NCBI GenBank assembly: GCA_030679255.1
Contig: JAUXTO010000013.1
Span: forward strand, 84,383-148,382
Reading direction: 5' to 3'
Source: Candidatus Gottesmanbacteria bacterium
GTDB lineage: Bacteria; Patescibacteriota; Microgenomatia; UBA10105; UBA927
DNA: 64,000 bases
The notes beneath the pieces were generated by a model, which searched no databases, was not told the DNA's origin, and saw only the letters and a list, made by a program, of their open reading frames with translations. The translations under genes and the position numbers were made by a program. Below, one piece after another: positions 50,269 to 60,263 of the stretch (position 1 is the stretch's first letter; each line of letters opens with the position of its first letter).

Positions 50269-50972
50269 GATTTAGTGATCCTCCGGGCTTTTTTATGAAT
50301 ATGATACCTTCCGCGGGCTTCATCGCTGACTATCCCTCCGTGTTCTAGAGTAATCGTTCGTTTTTTCAATTCATTGACGATACTCGCGTTGTGCGTGGCC
50401 ATGACGATCGTCGTACCGATATCGTTAATTTCCTGAAGGATATCGAGAATTTCCCAAGAAGTTTCCGGATCCAGATTACCCGTCGGTTCATCGGCCAAAA
50501 GAACTTTTGGACCACCAACAATGGTACGCGCAATACTCGTCCGCTGCATCTCTCCCGCGGATAATTGTTGAGGAAACAGAAATTTCTTCTTGGAAAGGCC
50601 AACAATATCGAGCACTTTATTGACATCACGGGCTATCTCATGCTCTTCTTTCCCTAATATCTCGAGCGCCAGCGCGACATTTTCATACACCGTCCGGTCC
50701 GTAAGAAGTTTAAAATCCTGAAACACCACACCGACGCGCCTTCGTAGGAGATGAATCGAGGCGTGGGGAAGATCGTTGATCTTCCAATCATCCAGATGGA
50801 TATCTCCAGAAGTCGGGGTCATCTCTCGGGTAAGAAGCTTAAGAAATGTTGTTTTTCCGGCACCCGAAGGACCAATAAGAAAAACAAATTCTCCGTCTTG
50901 AATCGTCACGGAGACATCAGAGAGCGCGTGGGTTTCCCCATAAAGCTTGGTAACGTGGGCAAATGAAATCAT
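50265..50972 (-). CDS. ftsE: Cell division ATP-binding protein FtsE
   Basis: [32 protein letters not shown] and MATH motifs. Confidence 0.92.
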   Translation of the reverse strand: MISFAHVTKLYGETHALSDVSVTIQDGEFVFLIGPSGAGKTTFLKLLTREMTPTSGDIHLDDWKINDLPHASIHLLRRRVGVVFQDFKLLTDRTVYENVALALEILGKEEHEIARDVNKVLDIVGLSKKKFLFPQQLSAGEMQRTSIARTIVGGPKVLLADEPTGNLDPETSWEILDILQEINDIGTTIVMATHNASIVNELKKRTITLEHGGIVSDEARGRYHIHKKARRITKS

Positions 50973-51427
50973 TCCAAAATTTCAACTTTTCCTACATCCA
51001 TGAGCCATGAAGCCTTTTTTGCGGCGAACGTTTCTCCCCAAACTTTTACTTTTTTTCCTACATACGTATCCAAATCAATGACCGATGAGACGAGATATGC
51101 TGTCTGCGATGGTCCTCCGTCCCGAATAAGCTTATGCGTTCCCTCTCCATTGATCCCACCTTTTTCCATCAGGCCTTCTGCTGAATCTTTAAAATTCTTC
51201 GTGTCGCTCACGCCTTCAACTTTATCCGTCTTCACCATGTTGGAGGATTCGTTTGGCTGTGTGTTCGTTATTTTTGTATTTCTGGTCATGAGATATCCTG
51301 TGCCCAATCCCAACGCAATGAGCAATACATACACGACCATTGCGGTCATACGCATCGTTTTCTTATCCGAAGGAGGAGATGCAGGATTGGTAGGTTGTGG
51401 TACATGAGATTTAGGAGTAATGATCAT
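50969..51427 (-). CDS. Membrane-anchored hypothetical protein (OB-fold-like C-terminus)
   Basis: Single TM helix and a beta-rich C-terminus (GTHKL...YL.S...DL..YVGKKVKVWG). ATGA overlap with ftsE. Confidence 0.7.
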   Translation of the reverse strand: MIITPKSHVPQPTNPASPPSDKKTMRMTAMVVYVLLIALGLGTGYLMTRNTKITNTQPNESSNMVKTDKVEGVSDTKNFKDSAEGLMEKGGINGEGTHKLIRDGGPSQTAYLVSSVIDLDTYVGKKVKVWGETFAAKKASWLMDVGKVEILE

Positions 51428-51446
51428 ATAGAGATAGTATTACTGT

Positions 51447-52457
51447 TTAGGAAAATCTTTTCAAGTAGGAAGTAATAAATGCATCGAGATCTCCATCGAG
51501 GACACTCTCCGTGTGGCTCGTTTCGTATTGTGTGCGCAGGTCTTTGACCATATGATATGGATGAAGTACGTACGACCGGATTTGATTACCCCAACCGGGT
51601 GTTTTATATGCACCTTTCATTTTTACCTCCTCTTGCCGCTGCTCTTCTTCCTGAGCCGCCCAAAGTTTCGCCCGGAGCACTTTGAGCGCATACTCACGAT
51701 TTTGCCCTTGATACCGCTGCGTTTGACAAGTAACGATTATACCTGTGGGCGTATGCGTCAATCGAACTGCTGTGGAGACCTTATTGACGTTCTGTCCGCC
51801 CTTCCCACCGGAACGGAAAAAATCCCACACCAGATCATCTTCTTTAATGACCGGACCCACGGCATCCTCCACAACCGGCAATACTTCTGCCATCGCAAAC
51901 GATGTTTGCCGCAAATTATCGGCATTAAAAGGAGATTGGCGGACAAGCCGGTGAACTCCTGCTTCAGCCTTCATATGTCCATACGCATATGCCCCAGTCA
52001 CATGAAAGGTAATGCTTTTAATTCCTGCTTCCTCTCCCATGGTGCAGTCGAGTATTTCAAATTCCCATCCTTTCCGCTCAAAATACCGTTGGTACATCCG
52101 TGAAAGCATGGCGTTCCAATCCATGGCCTCGGTCCCTCCTTGACCGGAGTGCAGCGCGACAATTGCGTCTCCCCGATCATAGACCCCAGAGAGATACACC
52201 GCATATTCCATACGGTCCACTTCACGGGAGAGCTCTCCCTCGTCCCCGCTCCCGATCATAAGCTCGAGCATCTCCCCTTCTTCCAATTCTTTTTGGAGTA
52301 CGGATAGGAGTTTCATCTTTTTTGCAGCCGTCTGAGGGTCTTGCCAGAAGTCCTGCTTCATCGTCTCAGCCTCAAGCTCACGAATATCTTTTCGTTTATC
52401 TTCAAGCTCTAGTTTATTGAGAATATCTCGTGCACGTGTAAGCAGTGCTTCATCCAT
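51447..52457 (-). CDS. prfB: Peptide chain release factor 2
   Basis: GGTEA.DW, GVHRLVR.SPF (SPF tripeptide), GGQ and WGNQIRSYV motifs. Confidence 0.95.
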   Translation of the reverse strand: MDEALLTRARDILNKLELEDKRKDIRELEAETMKQDFWQDPQTAAKKMKLLSVLQKELEEGEMLELMIGSGDEGELSREVDRMEYAVYLSGVYDRGDAIVALHSGQGGTEAMDWNAMLSRMYQRYFERKGWEFEILDCTMGEEAGIKSITFHVTGAYAYGHMKAEAGVHRLVRQSPFNADNLRQTSFAMAEVLPVVEDAVGPVIKEDDLVWDFFRSGGKGGQNVNKVSTAVRLTHTPTGIIVTCQTQRYQGQNREYALKVLRAKLWAAQEEEQRQEEVKMKGAYKTPGWGNQIRSYVLHPYHMVKDLRTQYETSHTESVLDGDLDAFITSYLKRFS

Positions 52458-52464
52458 GGGACGT

Positions 52465-52473
52465 ATTGTATCA
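52465..52473 (-). promoter_or_regulatory. Extended -10 TG-a-TACAAT 7 nt before the prfB ATG
   Basis: Minus strand reads TGA-TACAAT-acgtccc-ATG. Confidence 0.55.
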
Positions 52474-53706
52474 TGAGGCAAAAAATTGCCAGAAGATACC
52501 GGCTGATCCAAGTGTTAACACGATGACGGTCACCCACCCAAATACATTATCAAACCAACGGTTTACCATAGATCCCATGATCTTTCTATCGTTACACATA
52601 AAAAGAATAAGCGAAACAAGGAGCGGACCAAGCATACCGCCTAATACCTGCGAATAGAGAAGTGCTTTCATGGGAGCCACCCCGCTTACCGCGATACCGA
52701 CTCCCACGACCATTGCCGCGGTAATAACCATATAAAATCCTTTTGCTTTATTTGGCCGATCCGAGAGGCTTTCTCTCCAACCAAATATCTCTGCCACAGC
52801 GTACGCAGTCGATACAGCGAGTACCGGTATAGCCAGAAGCCCGGCCCCAATGATACCGACAGAAAAAAGAAGGGTTGCCCCGGATCCTGCGAGAGGCTCG
52901 AGCGCCCGCGCGGCATCGGCAGCAGTAATAAACGCAAGACCATTTTTGCCCGCAAGTGCTTGAGCGGAAGCAATCATAATAAAAAATGAAATAATATTGC
53001 TGTATATAAAACCCGGAGCTATAAGACGATCCTCATGTCGGGCCGTTTCTATCATTTCTTTCTTTGAATTATTTTCTTCAGCTCCCTGCTTGGATTGCCA
53101 AAAGAATAAAAACGGCGTAATAGTGGTTCCCAAAAGTCCGACACCCGCCAAGAGATACCCCATAGAAAATTCTATATGCGGCGAAATAATTGCCTTCAAC
53201 ACGTGGGTCCAAACAGGACGGGATAGAAATCCCGATACAACATATGCCAAATAGACGAACGATAAAAACAAAAGATATCGCTCAATGAGACGAAAACTTT
53301 TAAATACGACGATCGCCCATATGAGGAGAGCTGTCGGGACCACCCACCAGACGTATGATGTCCTGGTTAACATCCCTAAGACCTCAGATACTCCCGCAAG
53401 ATCTGCCCCAAGCGTCGTCATGTTGGCAATAATCAGTGTCCCCGCCACAACATACGCGACAGCCGGCGAATAATGTTCTCTGATAATGAGCATGAGTCCT
53501 TTTCTTTTCACATCCCCAAGCCTCGCGCACATAGCTTGAACCGCGATCAGCATCGGAGTCGAAAGCACAAGAAGCCATAACTGATGGTATCCAAATTGTG
53601 CTCCGGAGATAGAGTAGGTTGCAATTCCAGCGGGATCGTTATCCGCTCCTCCGGCGATGATGCTCGGAATCCAACGTTTCAGCGTTTTGCGCAATCGGTT
53701 TACCAT
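52471..53706 (-). CDS. NRAMP-superfamily divalent cation transporter (NRMT/Mg-type motifs)
   Basis: GADNDPAGIATYS..GA.FGY, Q.M.ARLG and GTTITPF motifs; many TM helices. Confidence 0.88.
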   Translation of the reverse strand: MVNRLRKTLKRWIPSIIAGGADNDPAGIATYSISGAQFGYHQLWLLVLSTPMLIAVQAMCARLGDVKRKGLMLIIREHYSPAVAYVVAGTLIIANMTTLGADLAGVSEVLGMLTRTSYVWWVVPTALLIWAIVVFKSFRLIERYLLFLSFVYLAYVVSGFLSRPVWTHVLKAIISPHIEFSMGYLLAGVGLLGTTITPFLFFWQSKQGAEENNSKKEMIETARHEDRLIAPGFIYSNIISFFIMIASAQALAGKNGLAFITAADAARALEPLAGSGATLLFSVGIIGAGLLAIPVLAVSTAYAVAEIFGWRESLSDRPNKAKGFYMVITAAMVVGVGIAVSGVAPMKALLYSQVLGGMLGPLLVSLILFMCNDRKIMGSMVNRWFDNVFGWVTVIVLTLGSAGIFWQFFAS

Positions 53707-53719
53707 AAGCAGATACGTT

Positions 53720-54094
53720 TTACTCTTTTGGTTTGCATATCATTTCCACGACCCGGTTTTGTTGGGGAATAGGAAGCTGATTGTATTGCTTGACGACTTG
53801 AGAGGCTACCTGATCAGAAACGATTTGAGCCACTTTCTGCTCAACCGATGACGTCACGATGCCTGCGACGGAGGAAACCGTATCGGAAAAATTCAAAATG
53901 TTCCCACCATCGCCCGTTACACCGAGTAATTTAGCGGTATTTTGTCCAACTTCCGTACCTAAAACCGCACCCCGTACTTGATTGAGTACAAGCGGTTCAG
54001 TCCTGTCGGTAAACTTCGGCCAAAGCAGGCTCGCTATGGCCACCACGGCCGCACTCCCCGCAGCCACAACAATATATTTAATAATCTGTTGCAT
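53720..54094 (-). CDS. Membrane-anchored hypothetical protein
   Basis: N-terminal TM helix; TATACT-7nt-ATG upstream. Confidence 0.65.
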   Translation of the reverse strand: MQQIIKYIVVAAGSAAVVAIASLLWPKFTDRTEPLVLNQVRGAVLGTEVGQNTAKLLGVTGDGGNILNFSDTVSSVAGIVTSSVEQKVAQIVSDQVASQVVKQYNQLPIPQQNRVVEMICKPKE

Positions 54095-54151
54095 CCATTA
54101 CAGTATAACCCGTTGAGAAAGTTTCTACATCCGTGATATAACAAGCTTCAT

Positions 54152-54640
54152 ATGAAAATCATCGGAATCGATCCGGGCACAGCCCGTGTAGGATGGGCGC
54201 TCATCGATGTGATGGGGTCCACCATCCGACCGCTCTCATACGGTTGTATCACGACGCCCGCCGGACAAACGCCGGAAACCCGGCTTCTAACCATTCACCG
54301 GGAAATTACCAAAATCCTCACCAAGGATAAACCATCCTCCTTGGCCATTGAAGATTTATTTTTTGCGTCCAATGCGAAAACGGTTATACCGGTCGGTCAA
54401 GCACGGGGTGTCATTCTCTTGGCGGCAGCAGAGCAGAATATTCCCGTAGCCTCCTATTCACCCAGAGCAGTCAAAAGTACGATCGCCGGCGACGGGAGAG
54501 CCGATAAAACACAAGTATTATCCATGGTCATGCGCATCCTCCACCTTGACACACCACCAAAACCGGATGATACTGCCGATGCCATAGCCATTGCCTTAAC
54601 ACACGCATACTCGTATAAACTCAAAGGAAAAATCACATGA
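54152..54640 (+). CDS. ruvC: Holliday junction resolvase RuvC
   Basis: IGIDPG, IEDLFF, QARGV and DD.ADA.A.A motifs. Confidence 0.95.
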   Translation: MKIIGIDPGTARVGWALIDVMGSTIRPLSYGCITTPAGQTPETRLLTIHREITKILTKDKPSSLAIEDLFFASNAKTVIPVGQARGVILLAAAEQNIPVASYSPRAVKSTIAGDGRADKTQVLSMVMRILHLDTPPKPDDTADAIAIALTHAYSYKLKGKIT

Positions 54641-55209
54641 TCGGAGCTCTAAACGGCATTGCCCACACGCCAATAATAAATCCACTCCTCGTCATGGTGG
54701 GGGGGGTAGGCTACCGCGTGGCAGTCCCCGAACATATATTGAACGACATCCACGCCGATAAACCTCTATTTCTCTACACGCATACGCATGTACGGGAAGA
54801 TGCACTGGATCTCTATGGATTTGTGAGTCCCGAAGAACTATCCCTTTTTACCCTCCTTATCTCGGTTTCCGGTATCGGACCAAAAACGTCGCTCACGATC
54901 GTAGACCGCGGAGCCTCGGCCGTGCGACTGGCTATTACGACGGCGGATGTATCTTTTTTTACCTCTATACCGAGACTCGGGACAAAAAACGCACAAAAAA
55001 TCATCATTGAGCTCAAAACGAAACTCGGGAGCATCGAAGAACTCGATCTATCCCAAGAACATGGAGAGACGAAAGAAGTTTTGGAAGCGCTTGAATCCAT
55101 GGGCTTTGCCAAAAAAGAAGCATATGCGGCCCTCAAACAACTGACAGCCGGTGATCTTCCGGTCGAAGAACGGTTACGGCAAGCACTGAAATTATTAAGC
55201 AAAAAATAA
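54637..55209 (+). CDS. ruvA: Holliday junction branch migration protein RuvA
   Basis: VGGVGY, VREDA..LYGF, SGIGPK and AL..MGF motifs. Confidence 0.95.
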   Translation: MIGALNGIAHTPIINPLLVMVGGVGYRVAVPEHILNDIHADKPLFLYTHTHVREDALDLYGFVSPEELSLFTLLISVSGIGPKTSLTIVDRGASAVRLAITTADVSFFTSIPRLGTKNAQKIIIELKTKLGSIEELDLSQEHGETKEVLEALESMGFAKKEAYAALKQLTAGDLPVEERLRQALKLLSKK

Positions 55210-55215
55210 CCCTGC

Positions 55216-56256
55216 ATGAAACACACCAAAAAAAATCTCGTCGAAGACGCGGTGACCGCTAGTCCCACTCCCGAGGAGGAAAAACTTTTGACGTCGCTGC
55301 GGGCTGCATCCTGGGATGAATTTCATGGGCAAAAAAAGCTCAAGGAAACGCTCCGGATCTCAATCACCGCTGCCAAAAAACGCAAAGAGCCATTGGAGCA
55401 TATACTCCTCTACGGCCCTCCGGGACTCGGTAAAACGACGATGGCACATCTCATCGGCCGTGAACTTGGGGTAAACGTGCGGGTCACGAGCGGTCCCGCT
55501 ATAGAGCGGGCAGGAGATCTGGCATCAATCCTCACGAACCTTGAGCCGCATGACATTCTGTTTATCGATGAAATACACCGATTAAATAAAGTGGTAGAGG
55601 AAACCATCTATCCCGCCATGGAAGATTTTGCCCTCGATATCATCATAGGGAAAGGTCCGTCCGCGCGTACGCTTCGTCTCGATCTTCCTCCGTTTACGAT
55701 CGTGGGGGCCACTACACGCATCGGACTTCTTTCTAATCCCCTCCGCGACCGGTTTGGGGTCGTTTCACGCCTCGCATTCTATGAACCGGAAGAGCTCAAA
55801 TACATCCTGCAGCAAGCGGCGATCAAACTCAAAACAAAAATCCATCCGTCTGCATTAACGGAACTTTCCCGGCGGGGTCGTGGAACGCCCCGGGTTGCTC
55901 TCCGGCTCCTCAAGCGGGTCAGGGATGTGGCCCAGGTAGAGGGCATCGGCGACATAACGGAGGCAATTCTTGCCCGGTCACTTTCTATCCTCGAAGTGGA
56001 TTCGATGGGGCTCGATAGCTCTGACCGGAGGCTTCTTTCGACCATCATCGATAAATTTGCCGGTGGACCGGTAGGAATCGAGACCATCGCGTCCGCTCTA
56101 TCAGAAGACATCGGCACGGTCGAAGAAGTGCTCGAACCATATATCATGCAGATTGGGTTTCTCAAGCGCACTCCACGCGGGAGAGTCGTCACTGCGTCAG
56201 GATTTGCGCACTTGGGCAAGGCAATCCCCAAACGTCTGCAGGAAGAATTATTTTAA
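55216..56256 (+). CDS. ruvB: Holliday junction helicase RuvB
   Basis: [26 protein letters not shown] and RTPRGR motifs. Confidence 0.97.
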   Translation: MKHTKKNLVEDAVTASPTPEEEKLLTSLRAASWDEFHGQKKLKETLRISITAAKKRKEPLEHILLYGPPGLGKTTMAHLIGRELGVNVRVTSGPAIERAGDLASILTNLEPHDILFIDEIHRLNKVVEETIYPAMEDFALDIIIGKGPSARTLRLDLPPFTIVGATTRIGLLSNPLRDRFGVVSRLAFYEPEELKYILQQAAIKLKTKIHPSALTELSRRGRGTPRVALRLLKRVRDVAQVEGIGDITEAILARSLSILEVDSMGLDSSDRRLLSTIIDKFAGGPVGIETIASALSEDIGTVEEVLEPYIMQIGFLKRTPRGRVVTASGFAHLGKAIPKRLQEELF

Positions 56257-57054
56257 CATCTCATCAATTGCCGCTTTCATTGTCTCAAAAGGTACTGCGC
56301 CGGGTATAAGGTTTGTTTTGCCGGTTTTGGTATCAAGAAGTATATTACCCGGCGTTCCGGTCACCCCCGCTTTAGAACCACCGTTCATATCATCTTTGAC
56401 ATGGGAAGCATACCGTCCGCTATCCAAACAACCTTTAAACTTTGCTTCGTTCAGTCCGATTTCCACAGCAATTGGCACGAGTTTATCGAGCGCAAATCCC
56501 GTACCGTTTGACGTTGTACGGTCATACACCGCATCAAGATATTTCCAAAACGCATCATTCCCGCCTAATTCATTGGCGCACTCAGAAGCTTCCGCTTCTT
56601 TTTGCGCGTTAGCATGGAATGCGAGCGGATAATGCCGGTATACCCACATCACTTTTCCTTTATACGCATCAACCACTTGTTGAGCAGTCGGATGAAATCG
56701 TTTACAAAACGGACATTCTATATCGGAATATTCAACGAGGGCAATACGCGCATTACGGTCACCCCGAACATGATCATCCTTGGTGACTTTTGGTACATCT
56801 TTGGCATCCTGCGTTGGTGGCAATACTGCTTGTCCTCCAGCTCCTGCAGTAGTTGGTTGACCAGCAACAATCGGACTGACGGCTGATACCCCTCCACGTT
56901 CAAGAATCTGCACTTTCGTCCAAAGTGAACCCAACAGGAATGAACACACGATAAGAAGAATAATGACTACCGCCTGAATGACGCCGCCAATCTGTTGTAT
57001 GACTATTGTGGGTTGTTCTAAATGCGCCTCGTGACGTTTGGAAAGCTTCTCCAT
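56248..57054 (-). CDS. Membrane-anchored DsbA-family thioredoxin-fold oxidoreductase
   Basis: EYSD.ECPFC, RHYPL..H and GVTGTP motifs; N-terminal TM helix. Confidence 0.9.
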   Translation of the reverse strand: MEKLSKRHEAHLEQPTIVIQQIGGVIQAVVIILLIVCSFLLGSLWTKVQILERGGVSAVSPIVAGQPTTAGAGGQAVLPPTQDAKDVPKVTKDDHVRGDRNARIALVEYSDIECPFCKRFHPTAQQVVDAYKGKVMWVYRHYPLAFHANAQKEAEASECANELGGNDAFWKYLDAVYDRTTSNGTGFALDKLVPIAVEIGLNEAKFKGCLDSGRYASHVKDDMNGGSKAGVTGTPGNILLDTKTGKTNLIPGAVPFETMKAAIDEMLK

Positions 57055-57098
57055 AGTCTGGTCATTGTAATGGAGAAGAAACTCCGAACACAAGAGGG

Positions 57099-57488
57099 TC
57101 AAACAGCATCAATGACAATTGTTTTTCCTGCTTCATCTCTTGAAATACCAATGGCGATATAATTAATTTCTTGATCAGTTAGATTTTTCATCACATGAAT
57201 CGTGTTTTCCGGAATTACCACAATATCCCCTTTTCCCAGTGTCGATTTTTTCCCTCCGACAGTTATCTCCACTTCTCCATTCAATATAATAAACACTTCC
57301 TCCATAGCCTCATGATAATGCCTTCTGAATGACTTATTGGGCAAAAGAGTCGACCAGTTGATCATCTGAATCCTGCCCGGAGCTAAATCATCACGCCTGA
57401 ATAGTACCTGCTTCAATACCCCCGGATTCTTTAAATCCTCATGGGAGGCAGGCGCCTTTGGTATAGTACTACTTCGTACAATCTTCAT
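57099..57488 (-). CDS. Cupin domain protein
   Basis: H.H...EE...I..G and G....IP....H motifs. The start is uncertain. Confidence 0.85.
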   Translation of the reverse strand: MKIVRSSTIPKAPASHEDLKNPGVLKQVLFRRDDLAPGRIQMINWSTLLPNKSFRRHYHEAMEEVFIILNGEVEITVGGKKSTLGKGDIVVIPENTIHVMKNLTDQEINYIAIGISRDEAGKTIVIDAV

Positions 57489-57546
57489 ATAAAATAAATT
57501 GTATCACGATAAGAAATCATACTATTTTCCGTGCTATGATACAAAC

Positions 57547-57969
57547 ATGGACAAAACGATGAATGGTGTATTCCTGACCTCTATTTCTGCTGCATTATAT
57601 GCCATTATCACCCCGCTTCTCAAAAGGGCGGGATTAAATCCCTTTGCAACGATCATAGTACAAACCGGATTTTTATGGCTATCGATTCTCCCCTTTTTTC
57701 TTTTTACCGCAGCCTCAAAAAATCTATCTTTCGCCGGTGTCACGCTGCCGCTACTTGCTCTTGCGGGCATCATTAACGCCCTAGGATATTATCTTTCTAT
57801 CCGGTCGTATGCCTATCTTCCGATTTGGCAAATAAATCTCTTTTTCGCCGCAATCAGTCCGATTGCAGGAAGTATTGCTGCATACTTCCTGCTTCACGAA
57901 CCAATCTCGGCAAAAATGTTTGTGGGTCTTGGGATTGTATTAGTTGGGTTAACCGTTGCATTTCGTTAG
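57547..57969 (+). CDS. Single-domain EamA/DMT transporter
   Basis: About 5 TM helices and L.E.IS....G motif; TG-c-TATGAT-6nt-ATG upstream. Confidence 0.8.
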   Translation: MDKTMNGVFLTSISAALYAIITPLLKRAGLNPFATIIVQTGFLWLSILPFFLFTAASKNLSFAGVTLPLLALAGIINALGYYLSIRSYAYLPIWQINLFFAAISPIAGSIAAYFLLHEPISAKMFVGLGIVLVGLTVAFR

Positions 57970-57976
57970 TATCTCC

Positions 57977-58453
57977 ATGATGAAAATACTTCCCCTCAAT
58001 GATACATTTCGACCATGGACAAATAATTTTCTTGACCGCGAATGGGGGCCACCCGGCATCGTGACGCGCGGCAAGCTCCACGAAACAGCTGAGCTTTCGG
58101 GATTCGTAGCGATCGAAAATAACGAGCCAATTGGTTTGATTACTTACTCTATCGAAAAGAACGAGTGCGAAATTGTTTCTCTTAAAAGTCTCAAAGAAAA
58201 ACGTGGTATCGGCTCAGCGCTTATTGAAGCGGTAGTACAAGCTTCCAAGACCCACGGGTGTCAACGTCTAGTCGTTATTACGACAAACGACAACACCAGC
58301 GCGCTCCATTTTTATCAAAAACGGGGATTTCATCTCCGTGCTGTTTATCCAAACGCGCTAGATATCTCACGAAAACTAAAACCATCAATACCCATAACCG
58401 GTATAGACGATATTCCGCTACGCGACGAAATCGAGTTAGAAATGCTTCTATAG
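57977..58453 (+). CDS. GNAT acetyltransferase
   Basis: RGIGSALI and TTNDN..AL.FYQKRGF motifs. Confidence 0.9.
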   Translation: MMKILPLNDTFRPWTNNFLDREWGPPGIVTRGKLHETAELSGFVAIENNEPIGLITYSIEKNECEIVSLKSLKEKRGIGSALIEAVVQASKTHGCQRLVVITTNDNTSALHFYQKRGFHLRAVYPNALDISRKLKPSIPITGIDDIPLRDEIELEMLL

Positions 58454-58513
58454 TCTCTCTCAAGTCATCTGTACTAACCTACAATCACGGTATTGCCCTG
58501 CGCGTCCGAGGTC

Positions 58514-58765
58514 CTATCTCTGATAATGATCGTTTACATCGACAATTTCCGCTTCATCAGGCGTCACCAGGATAAATATAGCACGATATTTCCTATCGAT
58601 GCGAAATGAGTACAGTCGCAGCTTTTTCGGCTCGAGAATCTCCGTATTAAGTGAAGGATGACGAGGATTATCGGTAAAGAGAGTAAGTTGTTTAAAAAAT
58701 TTTTTTGTCAGATCCCGTTTCTTTATATAGCGGAGAAGATCATTCCGCAACGGTTTAACGTGCAT
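58514..58765 (-). CDS. RelE/ParE-superfamily toxin
   Basis: NPRHPSL..E.L, YSFRI...YRAIF and a C-terminal HY; overlaps the antitoxin stop. Confidence 0.8.
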   Translation of the reverse strand: MHVKPLRNDLLRYIKKRDLTKKFFKQLTLFTDNPRHPSLNTEILEPKKLRLYSFRIDRKYRAIFILVTPDEAEIVDVNDHYQR

Positions 58766-59018
58766 ATGAAGAAGATTTTGAAAGGCCGGAAACGACACTG
58801 TCTATAAACTTCTCACCGTATTTTCCGGTCCTGGTCAAATCCGTTTTTATCTCTTTCAGAGGTTTTGGAATGAACGGTTCCAAAGAAAGCTCTCCGGTAA
58901 AATAACGACGCAAAAGGCTGCGCATGAACTCGGAGCGCGTACTAAACCCGAGTTTATGCGTGTGCAGGTCTACTTGTCGTGCGATCTGATCTGGTAGAGA
59001 AATCGTAAATGTTGACAT
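58755..59018 (-). CDS. Ribbon-helix-helix antitoxin
   Basis: TFTISLP...A..VD......GFS.RSEF.R..LR pattern. Confidence 0.8.
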   Translation of the reverse strand: MSTFTISLPDQIARQVDLHTHKLGFSTRSEFMRSLLRRYFTGELSLEPFIPKPLKEIKTDLTRTGKYGEKFIDSVVSGLSKSSSYAR

Positions 59019-59025
59019 ATATGAA

Positions 59026-59055
59026 ATATTAACAAAAATTAAGCAATTTTGTCAA
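59026..59055 (-). promoter_or_regulatory. Sigma70-type promoter with an overlapping operator for the TA pair
   Basis: TTGACA-18nt-(TGt)TAATAT-7nt-ATG, with an imperfect inverted repeat TTGACAAAATT/AATTTTTGTTAA across it. Confidence 0.7.
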
Positions 59056-59063
59056 CTATATGT

Positions 59064-60263
59064 TTATTCATATCGTAATGCTTCGATGGGGTCAAGGCGC
59101 GCGGCGCGGATAGCGGGAGCAACGCCGAACACGATGCCGATGAGAGCGGAAAAACCCGATGCCAGAAATACGGACCAGAGGGTTACTTCCGTTTGGACAA
59201 ATGACCGGAGTGCGAGTGACCCCGCTCCCCCCAGGAGTATCCCGATGATACCACCGACTAAGCTCACGATCACTGATTCAATGAGAAATTGAAGGAGGAT
59301 GTCACGGCCTGTTGCTCCCACGGCTTTGCGAAGTCCTATCTCCCGCGTGCGTTCTGTAACAGATACCAGCATGATATTCATAATGCCAATCCCCCCAACG
59401 AGCAGCGAAATAGCTGCGATGCCTCCGAGCGCAATGGTGATGACGCTCAAAAATTGTGTGATAGTACTTAACAGTTCTTTCTGTTCAAGCACGGTAAAAT
59501 CATCTATTTTGAGCCGCCGGAGGAGTGTCCGGCGTATATCGCTTGCCGCCTCAACCACCGCGTCTTGATCGGAGGCCTCCACAAGCATCATAAACGGACG
59601 ACTTTGATTAAATTGCCGAAGTGCGGTCGTAAATGGAATGACTATCCGTTCATCAATATCCCCTCCGAGTGCCCCTCCACCGCCTTTTGACACTAATACA
59701 CCCTTAACTTGGTATCGGATATCTCCAATCGTTACCGTTTTTCCTACGGGTTCTGCATCTCCAAAAAGATCTTTCGCCGGTTTAGATCCCAACACCACAA
59801 CTTTGCGCGTACGTTCGACGTCGTTTTGCGTTATGACACTTCCTACGTCGGCAGAAAAATTTCCCATGGCGAAATAATTTTCCCATACCCCAAATATATC
59901 TGCGCGGGTAATTTCACCTTGGTAAGTAATCGTTCCTGCTTGTGTGACTACGGGAGTTACGTCTTTTATGACGACACTACCCCGCATGATATCAGTGACA
60001 TCACCAAGTTCAAATTTACTGACTGGCGTCGTGGGCCTGCCTCCGACGCGCTTCAGATCAACTTTTCCCGGCAATATAAATACTTTATTGGAGCCGAGAG
60101 ACGCAAACTGCTGAGTGACGTAGGCCTGAAGCCCTGTGCCGATGGATACGAGAAGTATGACCGATGCGACCCCGATGATAATCCCGAGCATCGTGAGAAT
60201 GGAACGGATTTTATTGGTCCGCAAAGCCCGCAGGGCAAGAATCATATATTCCATGATATTCAC
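59064..60263 (-). CDS. MacB-family ABC permease
   Basis: RS.LTMLGIIIG and GGIGIMNIMLVSVTERTREIG.RKA.GA motifs; ends PIEALRYE. Confidence 0.92.
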   Translation of the reverse strand: MNIMEYMILALRALRTNKIRSILTMLGIIIGVASVILLVSIGTGLQAYVTQQFASLGSNKVFILPGKVDLKRVGGRPTTPVSKFELGDVTDIMRGSVVIKDVTPVVTQAGTITYQGEITRADIFGVWENYFAMGNFSADVGSVITQNDVERTRKVVVLGSKPAKDLFGDAEPVGKTVTIGDIRYQVKGVLVSKGGGGALGGDIDERIVIPFTTALRQFNQSRPFMMLVEASDQDAVVEAASDIRRTLLRRLKIDDFTVLEQKELLSTITQFLSVITIALGGIAAISLLVGGIGIMNIMLVSVTERTREIGLRKAVGATGRDILLQFLIESVIVSLVGGIIGILLGGAGSLALRSFVQTEVTLWSVFLASGFSALIGIVFGVAPAIRAARLDPIEALRYE

